From an uncultured Lachnospiraceae bacterium (GTDB taxonomy: Bacteria; Bacillota; Clostridia; Lachnospirales; Lachnospiraceae), in contig CAMQZX010000001.1 of the NCBI GenBank assembly GCA_947039785.1, positions 1 to 58,193 on the forward strand: a stretch of 58,193 nt of DNA. The letters are read 5' to 3'. Shown here piece after piece: positions 24,861 through 34,537 of the stretch. The stretch's first letter is position 1. Each line of letters begins with the position of its first letter. The position numbers were made by a program, and so were the translations under genes. The notes under the pieces are model-generated. The model saw only the letters and a list, made by a program, of their open reading frames with translations, was not told the origin of the DNA and did no database searches.

Positions 24861-26074
24861 TACCTTCCTCCCCGCTTTTTTAGTTGGCCTGCCATCTGCA
24901 GTTTCCGGTTTTCTTCTTTTTTCTTGTGCAGCATGTCTCTGGTTTCTTTCAAGACTGGATCATAGCTCTGGTTGTATAACTCTTCCCCGGTACGTTTTCC
25001 AATTACCTGCCCCTCATTATTCACCACGCTGTATTCTTTATCCTTTCGAAGATTAGTAAATATTGTTCTCTTCTCCTCACTGATATGGGATATGGAATTT
25101 TTATCTATCCACAGGTACTCATTCTTTTTGAACGGAATCCGTGTGAGAATTCTCTTTTCAGTCTCTTCCACCGCAAGGCTCCTGGCAATAAAAATCTGAT
25201 GGATATTTGGATCGTCTCTGACAGCTTCCTTTGCATGCTGCAGTACCTTCCTCTGGCGGCTATTCATCTCAGACATCTGCTTCTGTGCAGCCTCTGCCTT
25301 ATGCGGCTGCTCCATCCCCCGCACAATAGGCTCCATGTCCTCCGCATGCTGCCATTTCCCCTGTTTCTCATACGCAGCAAACTCCTGTTTGTCCATTTTA
25401 AAGGCCATGCTGCCATCGTCATTGATCTCCAGGATTCCCAGGCTTTCCATATGTTTCAGTACAGGCTCTACTTCCGCCCATGGCATATCTATGGCATTAC
25501 TGATTTCCCCAACACCCGCCCCTGGTGTCTGTGCCAGATATGTCCCAACTGCCTTAAATCCCCATGGAGAGATGGACTGTTCTTTAGGGGCGCTCTGCTT
25601 GTTTGGGTCCGACATATCCTTCTTGTCTATCCCGTAAGTCTCTTTCAGTTCCTTCTCCTCCCCGTTATCCAGATAATCCTGGATTGATTCAATCTTGCTC
25701 CCCTCGATGTCCCCCATGATTTGATTCACTCTGGGTGTAGCATCAGAATGAAAAAGGATTTCACTTTTACCATCCGCTTTATTGATATCTGGGAGGAGTG
25801 CATAGCGGATTTTATATTTATCAGCCAGCTTTTTCACCTTATTAATATCAGTCGTATCAAAACGGAAAACCTGCAAATCGCCTCCTGTTTTAAGAAGGTC
25901 TTTTACGGTTGTCCTTCCGGATAAACGTTCCATCTCCACCAACCTGCCAACGAATTTTCCAATATCCTTAGCCGTATGAAGCCCGCCTCCGACAATTTTC
26001 ATGAATATCTCAATTCCCTCAAATGATACCCGCAGGATTTGGGTAGCTTCCTGTATTTCTCCCATAGAACTCAC
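24860..26074 (-). CDS. pcfB: PcfB-family (DUF3801) conjugal transfer protein
   Basis: ORF track. N-terminal pattern ...SFEGIEIFMKIVGGG...LLKTGGDLQVFRF...KKLADKYKIRYALLPD, and a position directly upstream of the coupling protein (TAATG overlap). Confidence 0.65.
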   Translation of the reverse strand: MSSMGEIQEATQILRVSFEGIEIFMKIVGGGLHTAKDIGKFVGRLVEMERLSGRTTVKDLLKTGGDLQVFRFDTTDINKVKKLADKYKIRYALLPDINKADGKSEILFHSDATPRVNQIMGDIEGSKIESIQDYLDNGEEKELKETYGIDKKDMSDPNKQSAPKEQSISPWGFKAVGTYLAQTPGAGVGEISNAIDMPWAEVEPVLKHMESLGILEINDDGSMAFKMDKQEFAAYEKQGKWQHAEDMEPIVRGMEQPHKAEAAQKQMSEMNSRQRKVLQHAKEAVRDDPNIHQIFIARSLAVEETEKRILTRIPFKKNEYLWIDKNSISHISEEKRTIFTNLRKDKEYSVVNNEGQVIGKRTGEELYNQSYDPVLKETRDMLHKKKEENRKLQMAGQLKKRGGR

Positions 26075-26520
26075 CTCCTGACTGCTTCATTCTCTTTTTT
26101 CTTTTCATCTTCGCGTTTCCGCAGCTCCTCCAGCATCCGGTCCAATTCATAGTCCACATTCTTATCCTGCAGGATTTTCACAAGTAACCGATTTGCTATT
26201 TCCTGATTGATATTTGCCACCTCTAACTGTATGATATACTCTTTGATTCTCTCCTGCAGTTCGCTTCCGCCCCGGATGGCATACTGCTCTATAATCCCAG
26301 CCTCCAGGTTCCCCTGGGATTTTTCCTTTTCCCTGACCGCAGCGATGTGAATGACCGCATCATGCACACAGTCTAAGTCCTGCTGATGGAACGCATATCT
26401 TAAAAGTATCCTTTTATCCTCCTGGGTAAATACAAAGTCCTGCTTTTCCATTAAATCTATCATTTGATAGCACTCGCGAACCATTCTGATATTTAATGAC
26501 ACAACACCAGCCTCACGCAT
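26071..26520 (-). CDS. Hypothetical protein (149 aa from the preferred start)
   Basis: The ORF track lists 26071..26559. ATG 26520 has AAAGGAGG 7 nt upstream and overlaps the upstream stop by 8 nt. Confidence 0.5.
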   Translation of the reverse strand: MREAGVVSLNIRMVRECYQMIDLMEKQDFVFTQEDKRILLRYAFHQQDLDCVHDAVIHIAAVREKEKSQGNLEAGIIEQYAIRGGSELQERIKEYIIQLEVANINQEIANRLLVKILQDKNVDYELDRMLEELRKREDEKKKENEAVRR

Positions 26521-27484
26521 CTGTATGCCTCCTTTCCCGTACCAGCAGCATAATCTCACGCATTTTCCGCATTTTATCAGCAGTCAATTCCTTTTTGATA
26601 ATCCGCTTTACTTCGTCGTCGGCCAGTCCTGAATCAAAGGCAGACCTGACTTCTTCAAGCTGTTCTGACGATAATCCTTCCGCAGCGATTTTATCCAATA
26701 TATCCGATGTCTTCTGCGGGAACAGCTTCTCAAGAATAGTTTTTTTTGTCTGCGGCGGCTGCGGTCTCCAATAAGATGGAGGAACGATAGATGCAGTTAC
26801 CTTCTCTGTCTTTCCCTCAACCACTTCGGCATTTGATCGTGTTCTTGCCGCTGTAAGTTCCTCCTCCAGCTTCTTTATCTGTGTTTCCCGCGCCGCAGCT
26901 TCTTCCTGCAGTTTTTTGATCAAACCGTCTTTATCTTTTAGGTTCTCATATAAGTCCTTAATCTCCTGATTTTTCTCGTCCAGGACGTGTTCTTTCACCA
27001 GTGTTGAGAGCACCTCAAACTTCTCGTTATTCTCTTTAAACTGCTGCAGGGACGTCTCCATCATTTTTATCAGATTTTCTGTATACTCCTTAAACGCCGC
27101 GCCTTCTGCTGAATCACCTGCATTTTTTTTGGCCTCAATCAATTGCGTTCTCATTTTTTTCATCCGGCTCGCCGGCAGATCCGGTGTCGCATAGGACATG
27201 ATTTCTTCCTTCGTAAGCCCAGAGACGGAACCGGACACAATTTCCGGTATCTGGTACTGGTCAAATGTGCCCTGACAGCACAAATCAACCAGTTCCCCGT
27301 CTACATCTTCAAGCATTGCAAAAACGGTCTGACGCATCTGCTCCGCATTAAGCTTTGGGATTGCAACCCGCCGCACGTCTTTAATGCCCAGCCCGTATTG
27401 GAAAGCCATCTGTATTACTTCAATCTGGTCCGCCCCCAGCTTTTTACGGCACTCTTCTAAATATTTCTGCTCTTCTATTGTCAT
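26513..27484 (-). CDS. Hypothetical coiled-coil protein carrying two copies of a ~40-aa helical motif shared with the coupling-protein tail
   Basis: The ORF track lists 26513..27517. ATG 27484 has GGAGG 5 nt upstream. Motif copies: DQIEVIQMAFQYGLGIKDVRRVAIPKLNAEQMRQ and EQLEEVRSAFDSGLADDEVKRIIKKELTADKMRKMREI. Confidence 0.55.
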   Translation of the reverse strand: MTIEEQKYLEECRKKLGADQIEVIQMAFQYGLGIKDVRRVAIPKLNAEQMRQTVFAMLEDVDGELVDLCCQGTFDQYQIPEIVSGSVSGLTKEEIMSYATPDLPASRMKKMRTQLIEAKKNAGDSAEGAAFKEYTENLIKMMETSLQQFKENNEKFEVLSTLVKEHVLDEKNQEIKDLYENLKDKDGLIKKLQEEAAARETQIKKLEEELTAARTRSNAEVVEGKTEKVTASIVPPSYWRPQPPQTKKTILEKLFPQKTSDILDKIAAEGLSSEQLEEVRSAFDSGLADDEVKRIIKKELTADKMRKMREIMLLVRERRHTDA

Positions 27485-27540
27485 ATCTGCCTCCTGCAAT
27501 AAAAAAAGACAAACCAATCGGCTGCCTCTCGATTCATTTC

Positions 27541-27963
27541 TTATCTTACGGAATTTGCTTTATTTTTCTGTTTTTCCGCCTTACCTTCCTGCTGAACCTG
27601 GGATACTGGTTCAAACTCGCTTTTTCCATGTTCCTCAAGCCATCCCATAATATCGTCAATCGGTGTTACAATAATTTTTTTCATGAAATCATTCGCAGCT
27701 ATGGCCTGATATCCTGCGCCCTGGTTCAAGATAATCATTTTTTCTGCATATTCCGAAATCTTACTATACTGGGTGTGGCTTTCCAGCAATTTGATTTTTT
27801 CCCGAAAAGACGCAATGAATAGCTCATATGGCATGGATAGGCATGTAATGCCTCGCTCCTCTGCAAATTTTAGTGCGTCTGTATAACTTTTTTGTTCTGA
27901 TTCAGTCACTTTCCCATCATTATCGAAAAATTGATACTTCAAATTATTCCTCCTATATATCAA
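27541..27963 (-). CDS. Hypothetical protein (140 aa)
   Basis: ORF track. Confidence 0.5.
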   Translation of the reverse strand: MIYRRNNLKYQFFDNDGKVTESEQKSYTDALKFAEERGITCLSMPYELFIASFREKIKLLESHTQYSKISEYAEKMIILNQGAGYQAIAANDFMKKIIVTPIDDIMGWLEEHGKSEFEPVSQVQQEGKAEKQKNKANSVR

Positions 27964-27971
27964 GCAATCCC

Positions 27972-28529
27972 CTACCGTACCTTTCCTGATCGGGCCGGAA
28001 CCTTATCCGTTATATTCTCTAAAGAAGAAATAAGAGCCATAATCTTTTCACTGTGACCTTTTTCCAAAACAGTCTCTAAATAGTCTATGATGTCCTGGCG
28101 CTTTTCCCGGTCTCCAATATCCCTGTAGAGGCGTCTTACCGGATCGGACTGGTTGTCCCCGGCTCTCATGTATCCCGCATCAAGATACTGGATAAAGTCT
28201 GTTTCCTTCATCACATCGTTCAGTTCCCATGCCAATTCCGCCATTTCTTCCTTCTTATCTGCTTTCCTGACAGCTCCGACCTCATCTAATTTATCTGCCA
28301 GGTTCACTCCCTGCTTCCTGTCCCGGTCAGGTAAGAGCGAAGAACGGTACATCAAAAAGCAGGTTAGATGGTCCCTCAATCTATGATTGTCTAAGACCGC
28401 TCTAATCCCAGGTATTTTCCCCCCTGCTGGTACTAAATCACGGAAGCTCTCAATATATGCGTCTCCCAGCTTACATTCCAAAAGATATTTTTTTATTTCA
28501 GAAGCCAGTTTATCCTGCTCATAGATCAC
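27972..28529 (-). CDS. Hypothetical protein (185 aa)
   Basis: ORF track. Overlaps the relaxase 3' end by 11 nt. Confidence 0.5.
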   Translation of the reverse strand: MIYEQDKLASEIKKYLLECKLGDAYIESFRDLVPAGGKIPGIRAVLDNHRLRDHLTCFLMYRSSLLPDRDRKQGVNLADKLDEVGAVRKADKKEEMAELAWELNDVMKETDFIQYLDAGYMRAGDNQSDPVRRLYRDIGDREKRQDIIDYLETVLEKGHSEKIMALISSLENITDKVPARSGKVR

Positions 28530-29973
28530 GACTTTCTCCTCCTCTTTCCCTGCTTTTCTGCTTGTCTCTGCTCTGCATTCTCTCCTTTTGCTCCTGCATA
28601 ATTTTCTTCCCTATCCTCTGCTGTCGCCTTACCTCCGCAAGAACCTCATTGAGCCGGCGATTTTTCTCCTGGAAATTCAGGTACAACTGCTCTGCTGAAT
28701 CAAATGTGTACCCCATATCCAACAACTGCGTTTTTAGCTGCTCTGCCTGCAGGTATTCTTCCTTAAATTCCTCATATCCCTCCTCATATAAAGAAACCTC
28801 AACCTTCAGTTCCTGGAGCTTTTCCCAAAGTTCAAATATCTCTGTATTGGCTTCACGGTTCTCTTTTTGGTTCTTTTTCTCCTGCCTAAGCGATTTTGCC
28901 TGTTCAGCCAATGCTTTCCTGATATTTTCCAAGTCCCTGTCTGTATGTATCTGATAAGCCGAAATGAAATTATATTTCTCCTGTATCTCATGAAGTTTCC
29001 GGATATCTTCTTTATATTTCCATGCATCGGAATAAGGCTGTTTTTTTAGGACGCCCAGCCGGTATAACTTTGTAAAATACATCTTCTGGTATCCAGTCAA
29101 TGGGGACTTTCTTCTGGGAATATAACCAGTCACTTTTTTGACTCTGGGCGGCAGTTCCAATACTGGCTCCGGCAGTTCCTTTTCCCTTGCAGATATGGGG
29201 ATACTTAGCCGTTCGCGTATTTTTTCTTCTGTGTAATCGCCACCAAGGGTATCCAGCCTGCGCCCCTTATCCATACCTGGCGGCTTTAACAGAATATGCG
29301 CTCCCTGTTTTATCTCATATCCCCGTTCTTCTACTCCAATAAGGAACTCATCCCAGTTTTCCGCCTCGGCCGCCACCTGGTCGATGTCACGGCGGATCAT
29401 ATCATTCCAACTAAATTTACCATCTTTACCCTGATCCCAGATGCGTTCCTTTTTTTTCTTTCTGTTCTGGCGTACTTTATCCATATCCAGTGTTGCCATA
29501 TGGTACTCTTCACAGATTTTGTTGACAAGCGGCTGTATGATTTTGTCCCAATCACCATTTCGGTAATCATATTTCTTCCCTTCTCCAATACAGCGGACAC
29601 TATTAAATGCAATATGGCCGTGGATATGATCGGTATCATCATGAAGCGCATAGACTGCCTCAAACTCTTTTCCAAGGTACTCCTCTACAAATTTCCCTAT
29701 AATCTTCATGGCAACATCTTTATCAACGGTATCTGCTGCCTCTTCAAATGAGATAATGATATGGTATCCCTGGCGTCCCCCCATCTTATCGTACCTTCGC
29801 TTAGTGTTCAGCATTTGTTTCAGTGCAGTCTCCGGCAGACAGTTATGGCCTGATACATACAGCCCATTTTCAGTTTTGCTGTCCTTCGTAATATAATTAA
29901 TCGTATTTGCGAGATGCTTTGCCTGAAATCCCGATTTTGCACATCCCATATGCAATATTTTACTGATAGCCAT
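28519..29973 (-). CDS. Relaxase / mobilisation nuclease (MobA/VirD2-type, PF03432-like)
   Basis: ORF track. Histidine triad HDDTDHIHGHIAFNSV, an N-terminal region ending ...GYHIIISF, and a long coiled-coil C-terminus. Confidence 0.85.
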   Translation of the reverse strand: MAISKILHMGCAKSGFQAKHLANTINYITKDSKTENGLYVSGHNCLPETALKQMLNTKRRYDKMGGRQGYHIIISFEEAADTVDKDVAMKIIGKFVEEYLGKEFEAVYALHDDTDHIHGHIAFNSVRCIGEGKKYDYRNGDWDKIIQPLVNKICEEYHMATLDMDKVRQNRKKKKERIWDQGKDGKFSWNDMIRRDIDQVAAEAENWDEFLIGVEERGYEIKQGAHILLKPPGMDKGRRLDTLGGDYTEEKIRERLSIPISAREKELPEPVLELPPRVKKVTGYIPRRKSPLTGYQKMYFTKLYRLGVLKKQPYSDAWKYKEDIRKLHEIQEKYNFISAYQIHTDRDLENIRKALAEQAKSLRQEKKNQKENREANTEIFELWEKLQELKVEVSLYEEGYEEFKEEYLQAEQLKTQLLDMGYTFDSAEQLYLNFQEKNRRLNEVLAEVRRQQRIGKKIMQEQKERMQSRDKQKSRERGGESRDL

Positions 29974-29975
29974 AC

Positions 29976-30299
29976 TTAATTACCCGCTATGTCCAAATGG
30001 CTGACTACCTGCATGACTGCCTCCTTGATCTGCTTCATATAAACATACAGACGTTTTTTATCGGATTCATGGTATAAGCCGCTGTTGTTGTTTTTGACAA
30101 TCTGGTTGATGTTTATCCCAATATGGTTTATCTCATTCGTGAGATTCTGCAATGCTTCAAGAAGTTCCGGATAATCTCTGGGGCGGTTGGTTATCAGCAT
30201 CCTCAAATACTGCGAATCGGATAGCCCTCTCTCTTTTGCCTTTCTGTTCAGCTCCTCCAATTCTTCGCATGACAGCCGAATTTCCTTCCGGCAGTTCAT
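29976..30299 (-). CDS. mobC: MobC-family relaxosome accessory protein
   Basis: ORF track. Reads IRLSCEELEELNRKAKERGLSDSQYLRMLI...NEINHIGININQIV. Lies immediately upstream of the relaxase (2-nt gap). Confidence 0.75.
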   Translation of the reverse strand: MNCRKEIRLSCEELEELNRKAKERGLSDSQYLRMLITNRPRDYPELLEALQNLTNEINHIGININQIVKNNNSGLYHESDKKRLYVYMKQIKEAVMQVVSHLDIAGN

Positions 30300-30411
30300 C
30301 TTTTTTACGCTTCTCAGTCTCTACTCACATCCTTTCATCGAATAAACAGCAAAAGAAAAGGAAGGAACCACAGCAATCAGCTATATTCCTTCCCTCTTGA
30401 TACTTTACTTA
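30300..30411 (-). promoter_or_regulatory. Candidate oriT / mobC promoter region
   Basis: A 112-bp non-coding spacer upstream of mobC-relaxase containing the inverted repeat GGAAGGAA (30360-30367) / TTCCTTCC (30386-30393) with an 18-nt loop. No nic consensus recognised. Confidence 0.4.
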
Positions 30412-30879
30412 TCATCTTACTAATCTCCGCCCAGCCGTGATATCCACGGGAGGCCGGATTTCCTGTATCTTTCCACGCAGCTCCTTTTGATAATAGGTCC
30501 TCTGGAAAGCGGCATTTAGTATTTTCTCGTCCGCTTTCAATCCTTCCAGGGTTTTATGAAGAACTTGCCATTCAGAGTGTCTGCTTAACTTAAAATAGTC
30601 CCTGGTATCAGATATCATCTTGTAGTTCTGCTCACACGCAGCATCAATCACCTGGTCAATATCAGTCTCCAGAGAATCACCAGTTTCCATGTCCACCTTA
30701 TACAATTGCCCGTGGCCGTCTGTTTCCAATGTATAGCCACTTTTAGTTGTATACCCCACTACCTGTTCAGCCTCCGCGCGGGTAAGAGGAAAAAGTATAT
30801 CAAACTCATCAAGATATTCCATTAATTTTCCAGATGTTTCAATTCGTCCCAAAATCATCCCCTTCTTTCCATAATTCAT
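30412..30879 (-). CDS. Hypothetical protein, paralogue R2 of a two-gene family
   Basis: ORF track. Aligns by eye with 30884..31300: KLMEYLDEFDILFPL..GYT..SGYTLETDGHGQLYKVD against ELLAYLDDFSIPFSL..GYMEGSAYGLYADEKGQLYWVD. The start codon is uncertain (an internal ATG or TTG is possible). Confidence 0.55.
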   Translation of the reverse strand: MNYGKKGMILGRIETSGKLMEYLDEFDILFPLTRAEAEQVVGYTTKSGYTLETDGHGQLYKVDMETGDSLETDIDQVIDAACEQNYKMISDTRDYFKLSRHSEWQVLHKTLEGLKADEKILNAAFQRTYYQKELRGKIQEIRPPVDITAGRRLVR

Positions 30880-30883
30880 ACTA

Positions 30884-31300
30884 TCAACGGGAATTTTTCT
30901 TCGCCGGTGTCGCTTTTTGATTTACCTGTTTCCATAAGGAGGTCTGTTCAAATATCTCGTCTAACAGCCTCTCATCTTTTTTCAGCTGCTTTATCCTGTC
31001 TATGATTTCCCTCGCTTCACTGGTTCCAGCTTTCTCTTCCAGTCTCTGTCTGGAATCTAAGATGAATTCATTGTTCCATTCACAGGCAAGGAATGTAACC
31101 TCGTCCATGGTGATTTCTTCTATTTGATCTCCCTCTAAATCCACCCAATAGAGCTGCCCTTTTTCATCTGCATACAGCCCGTAGGCACTTCCTTCCATGT
31201 AACCCAACAGAACCTGGGCATGTTCCTCATTCAGTGAAAATGGTATAGAAAAGTCATCGAGATAGGCCAGCAGTTCCGTGGCCGTATTCAATTGTTTCAA
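30884..31300 (-). CDS. Hypothetical protein, paralogue R1
   Basis: ORF track (TTG start with AAGGAGG 7 nt upstream). Confidence 0.6.
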   Translation of the reverse strand: MKQLNTATELLAYLDDFSIPFSLNEEHAQVLLGYMEGSAYGLYADEKGQLYWVDLEGDQIEEITMDEVTFLACEWNNEFILDSRQRLEEKAGTSEAREIIDRIKQLKKDERLLDEIFEQTSLWKQVNQKATPAKKNSR

Positions 31301-31323
31301 ATAATGCCTCCTTGCCCGGTATC

Positions 31324-32238
31324 CTACCGGCTATGTCCTGATGGCGGCTTCTTATCCTTGTTTTCATACTTTTTTAATACCGCCAGAATCTCACTTATTT
31401 TTTTACGGGCCGTCTCCGGAAGTTCCCCCATCTCAGCATTTCGCAGAAACTGCGTTTCGGTCTTCCTTCCATATAATGTTGCCAGCCCGCCGTATGTCTC
31501 TTTTGCTAGGTCAGCTTCGGTATTTCCAGACTGCAGCTTTTCCGCCCAAACCTCTGGCATATAATCCCGGACTAAAATACAGATATCGCAGGCAGCCTGT
31601 TGTAGATCCGTGCGCTTTAAAATAGGTTCCTTTTGATCAATAGACCATATACTATTCAGCATGTCCTGCGCCAATCTCAAATCACGCTCATCTGTTCCAT
31701 TTAGGATTGTATCTACAACCTTCTGTAGCTGCTGGTACTCCTCATCCATTCCCTGTAAAGGAATACTCTTATTTTTATCCAGTCTCTCCATAATGTCGCA
31801 CACCTCCAAGCCAACAGCTTTTTGTATGGATTCCTTTGTAATGTTATTTTCCCTGCAATATTCCAGATAGGTTTCCAGTCCCCCTAAATATGTAATTTCC
31901 TCCAATGGGGTGTCAGCCAGTTCCTCCCATGTTTCATAATGGCCTTCCATTGTCATGGCTGCTATCGTACAATCATCAAATTCCAAGTCATAGAACAGGT
32001 CATCATCTGTACTGCACATTCCAATCCGGTAAATATCAGGTTTGTCTTCCTTAGCGTACACATTGAAAAATAACCTAGCTTCATCGGTGCTCGCAACTGC
32101 TGCATATTGATATGGGCTGCCCTTCACCCTGTCCTTGTTCAAGATATACAGCAGGGTGTATTCTCCAAAGTGGTTTCGTTTCAGATACTCCTTACTGTCA
32201 TAGATCAATCTCTCAATTTCTGTCTGTTTTGCTTCCAT
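31324..32238 (-). CDS. Hypothetical protein, paralogue Q3 (shares one module with Q1 and Q2)
   Basis: The ORF track lists 31324..32250; ATG 32238 is preferred (SD GGTGAGGTGG). Shared module: IAAMTMEGHYETWEEL...YLEYCRENNITKESIQKAVGLEVCD. Confidence 0.55.
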   Translation of the reverse strand: MEAKQTEIERLIYDSKEYLKRNHFGEYTLLYILNKDRVKGSPYQYAAVASTDEARLFFNVYAKEDKPDIYRIGMCSTDDDLFYDLEFDDCTIAAMTMEGHYETWEELADTPLEEITYLGGLETYLEYCRENNITKESIQKAVGLEVCDIMERLDKNKSIPLQGMDEEYQQLQKVVDTILNGTDERDLRLAQDMLNSIWSIDQKEPILKRTDLQQAACDICILVRDYMPEVWAEKLQSGNTEADLAKETYGGLATLYGRKTETQFLRNAEMGELPETARKKISEILAVLKKYENKDKKPPSGHSR

Positions 32239-32261
32239 ATTCCACCTCACCTATTTCTTTA

Positions 32262-33086
32262 TCAACGGCTGTTGTGTCTGCTCTCCAGGTGCGGCTTATA
32301 GGCAGAATCCTGTTTTTCCAGTTCTGCCATCTTAAATAAATCTAATACCTCCCACCCAGTAGCAGCCTTAATAGCCGCTGCTGAAATGTTGTTCTCTTTA
32401 CAGTATTCCAGGTAATCCGCTACCCCCTTCTTATGGGGAATTGCTCCAATGCCCCACCTGCTCAGTTCCTCCCAGGCGTCTAAATGTCCATTTATTGTCA
32501 TTGCAGCAATTTCATACCCCTCCTCCAGCATCCCAAACAGATATTTATCTGTATATGCATACCCAATATTAAACTCAACAGTCTTATGCGCAGATGGAAA
32601 AAAACTAACTGCCCTGTCAGGTCCATATTCTGCCAATCCCTGATAAGTGTCCTTTCCGTGCGCCTCCATTTTTAAAATATGATAGATAATGGCTCCCTGG
32701 TACTTTTGCGAATCCAAAAACTCTTTGTTTTCACAAAGCACTTTGAGTTCATCCATCTGGGGGTTTTGTATCTTTGGGGGCAGACTATTTAATTCCGTCA
32801 GGACTCTTGCAATCTGTATTTCCAGCCCATATTCTGGCTGCTTGCGTTTCAGATAGTCAAGCCAGAACTGCATAAATTCCTGTTTCTTCTCTGGATTATT
32901 TATTTCCCTGCACATTCTTTCCACCGCATGTGCTTCTGATTCTCCTGGTAAGCGCGCTACATTCCATTCCCCACCCCCAACAGCGTTCAGCATATTACAG
33001 ATATCCCTGGATAAATCCTTCTCCATTCCCAGTTCTCTCTCCACACGTTCCCCTGATGATTCAAACTTTTCCGGTTCATATTTCAA
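32262..33086 (-). CDS. Hypothetical protein, paralogue Q2
   Basis: ORF track (TTG start, SD AAGAGGAG). Roughly half the residues are identical to Q1 by eye over RLPGESE...NPEK..EFMQFW.DYL...FLDSQKY...EEGYEIA..T..GH...W.EL...YL.YCKE.NI. Confidence 0.6.
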   Translation of the reverse strand: MKYEPEKFESSGERVERELGMEKDLSRDICNMLNAVGGGEWNVARLPGESEAHAVERMCREINNPEKKQEFMQFWLDYLKRKQPEYGLEIQIARVLTELNSLPPKIQNPQMDELKVLCENKEFLDSQKYQGAIIYHILKMEAHGKDTYQGLAEYGPDRAVSFFPSAHKTVEFNIGYAYTDKYLFGMLEEGYEIAAMTINGHLDAWEELSRWGIGAIPHKKGVADYLEYCKENNISAAAIKAATGWEVLDLFKMAELEKQDSAYKPHLESRHNSR

Positions 33087-33177
33087 TATCTTGTCTCCTC
33101 TTTTCTAAAAACCGTTATGGTGAGTTTCCTTACCCTGCTCTTTAAATGGCGGTTTATCTGCCATTCCAGTTTTTTCA

Positions 33178-34230
33178 CTATCTAGTTCTTTTTTTGTCTG
33201 TCTGGTTCACATGATTCTTATAATCCTGCATCTGTGATTCTGCCTCACCAATCAAATCTCCCACACTCCATCCGATAGACGCTGTAATAGATGCCGCTGT
33301 GATATTTCTTTCTTTACAGTAAATAAGGTAATCCTCGAACCCTTCTCTATAGGGCAACGTGTCGAGGCCCTCCCTGTCAAGTTCGTCCCAGACATTAAAG
33401 TGACCGTCCATCGTAACCACCGCTATTTCATAGCCTTCTTCCAACGGTTTAAACAGATCCTCATGAACAGATGTATCACCTATATAAATTTCAGTAACTT
33501 CTTCCTCAGAAACAGAAAAATAGACTGCCATTTCCTGCTCATATTCAGCAACCCCTTTGTAACTGATGGTCCCATCCTGTTCTTTTTTTAGGATATAGTA
33601 AATACTGGCATCATGATACTTTTGAGAATCCAAAAAGTTTTTATTTTCTACGAGTACAGTGATTCTCTCCATAAAAGGAGTTTCCATGTGCGTAAAACCT
33701 TTGTTCAGTCTTGTTAAAACTTCCGCAGCCTGTATTTCCAGTTCATATTTTGGTCTCATACGTTCCAAATAGTCAATCCAGAATTGCATGAACTCACGCC
33801 GCTTCTCCGGATTCTTTATTTCCTGATAGGTACGTCTCACTACGTCCGACTCCGATTCTCCTGGTAAACGCATCGCTTCCCATTGCCAGTAATCAACAGA
33901 TTTTGTCATTCTACAGATATCCCAGGCCAGATTTTTCAAAAAGTCCGGCTCTCTATTTTTGTCAGGATATCCATATTCCCACAGTTCTCCGATCAAGCCT
34001 TCTGTCTGCCTTGTAACCTCAATGCTTTTTGCACGGCTGACCTTATATAAGTAATCAATAAGCAGCTTTCTGGCGTCCGCAAACCGGAGCGTATCCAGAA
34101 CATTTTCGGTTTGGTTGTAAGGATACGGCTTATAGAAAAATGGGGTAAAAATGTCTCCCAATGGTCCTCTCTTCATGAATTCGTCCACGTAATCTTTTAA
34201 TCGTTCAAATTCCTCTGGTTCATACCTCAA
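33178..34230 (-). CDS. Hypothetical protein, paralogue Q1
   Basis: The ORF track lists 33178..34353, but that version overlaps the DUF5049-like gene by 98 nt. TTG 34230 has AAAGGAG 8 nt upstream and gives M-RYEPEEFERL, parallel to MKYEPEKFE in Q2. Confidence 0.6.
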   Translation of the reverse strand: MRYEPEEFERLKDYVDEFMKRGPLGDIFTPFFYKPYPYNQTENVLDTLRFADARKLLIDYLYKVSRAKSIEVTRQTEGLIGELWEYGYPDKNREPDFLKNLAWDICRMTKSVDYWQWEAMRLPGESESDVVRRTYQEIKNPEKRREFMQFWIDYLERMRPKYELEIQAAEVLTRLNKGFTHMETPFMERITVLVENKNFLDSQKYHDASIYYILKKEQDGTISYKGVAEYEQEMAVYFSVSEEEVTEIYIGDTSVHEDLFKPLEEGYEIAVVTMDGHFNVWDELDREGLDTLPYREGFEDYLIYCKERNITAASITASIGWSVGDLIGEAESQMQDYKNHVNQTDKKRTR

Positions 34231-34255
34231 TACTCTGTCTCCTTTACATTCTGTA

Positions 34256-34480
34256 TTATCTATTTTTCTGTCTGTCCTGTTTGGGAATGTCCTCCTTTTT
34301 CTGCTGTTCTTGTTCGGAAGTTTTCCCCCATATAATAAAATGGCAATATTCACTTTTATGGTTCTGCAAATATTCCGCCAGTTCGAGAAATCCCATTTTT
34401 AATGCAATTTTCGTAACTGCAATCACATCAAACATATTGGTTTCACCAGTATCCCTGACCACCAATATCTGCTCTTTCAC
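34256..34480 (-). CDS. DUF5049-like small protein
   Basis: ORF track (GTG start). KEQILVVRDTGETNMFDVIAVTKIALKMGFLELAEYL matches my recollection of the DUF5049 pattern. Confidence 0.55.
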   Translation of the reverse strand: MKEQILVVRDTGETNMFDVIAVTKIALKMGFLELAEYLQNHKSEYCHFIIWGKTSEQEQQKKEDIPKQDRQKNR

Positions 34481-34537
34481 AATCGGTTCTATTACAGTTC
34501 CAGCTCCTTCCTTTTTCTAAATCTAAGGGGCCGGTCC

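Noticed and set aside
33178-34353. The long 391-aa version of Q1, and the long versions of 10668-11279, 7740-8408, 26071-26559, 26513-27517, 37589-38596 and 47990-48337.
   Set aside because: Their N-terminal extensions overlap upstream genes or span terminator hairpins, and they lack SDs. Internal starts with good SDs were preferred.
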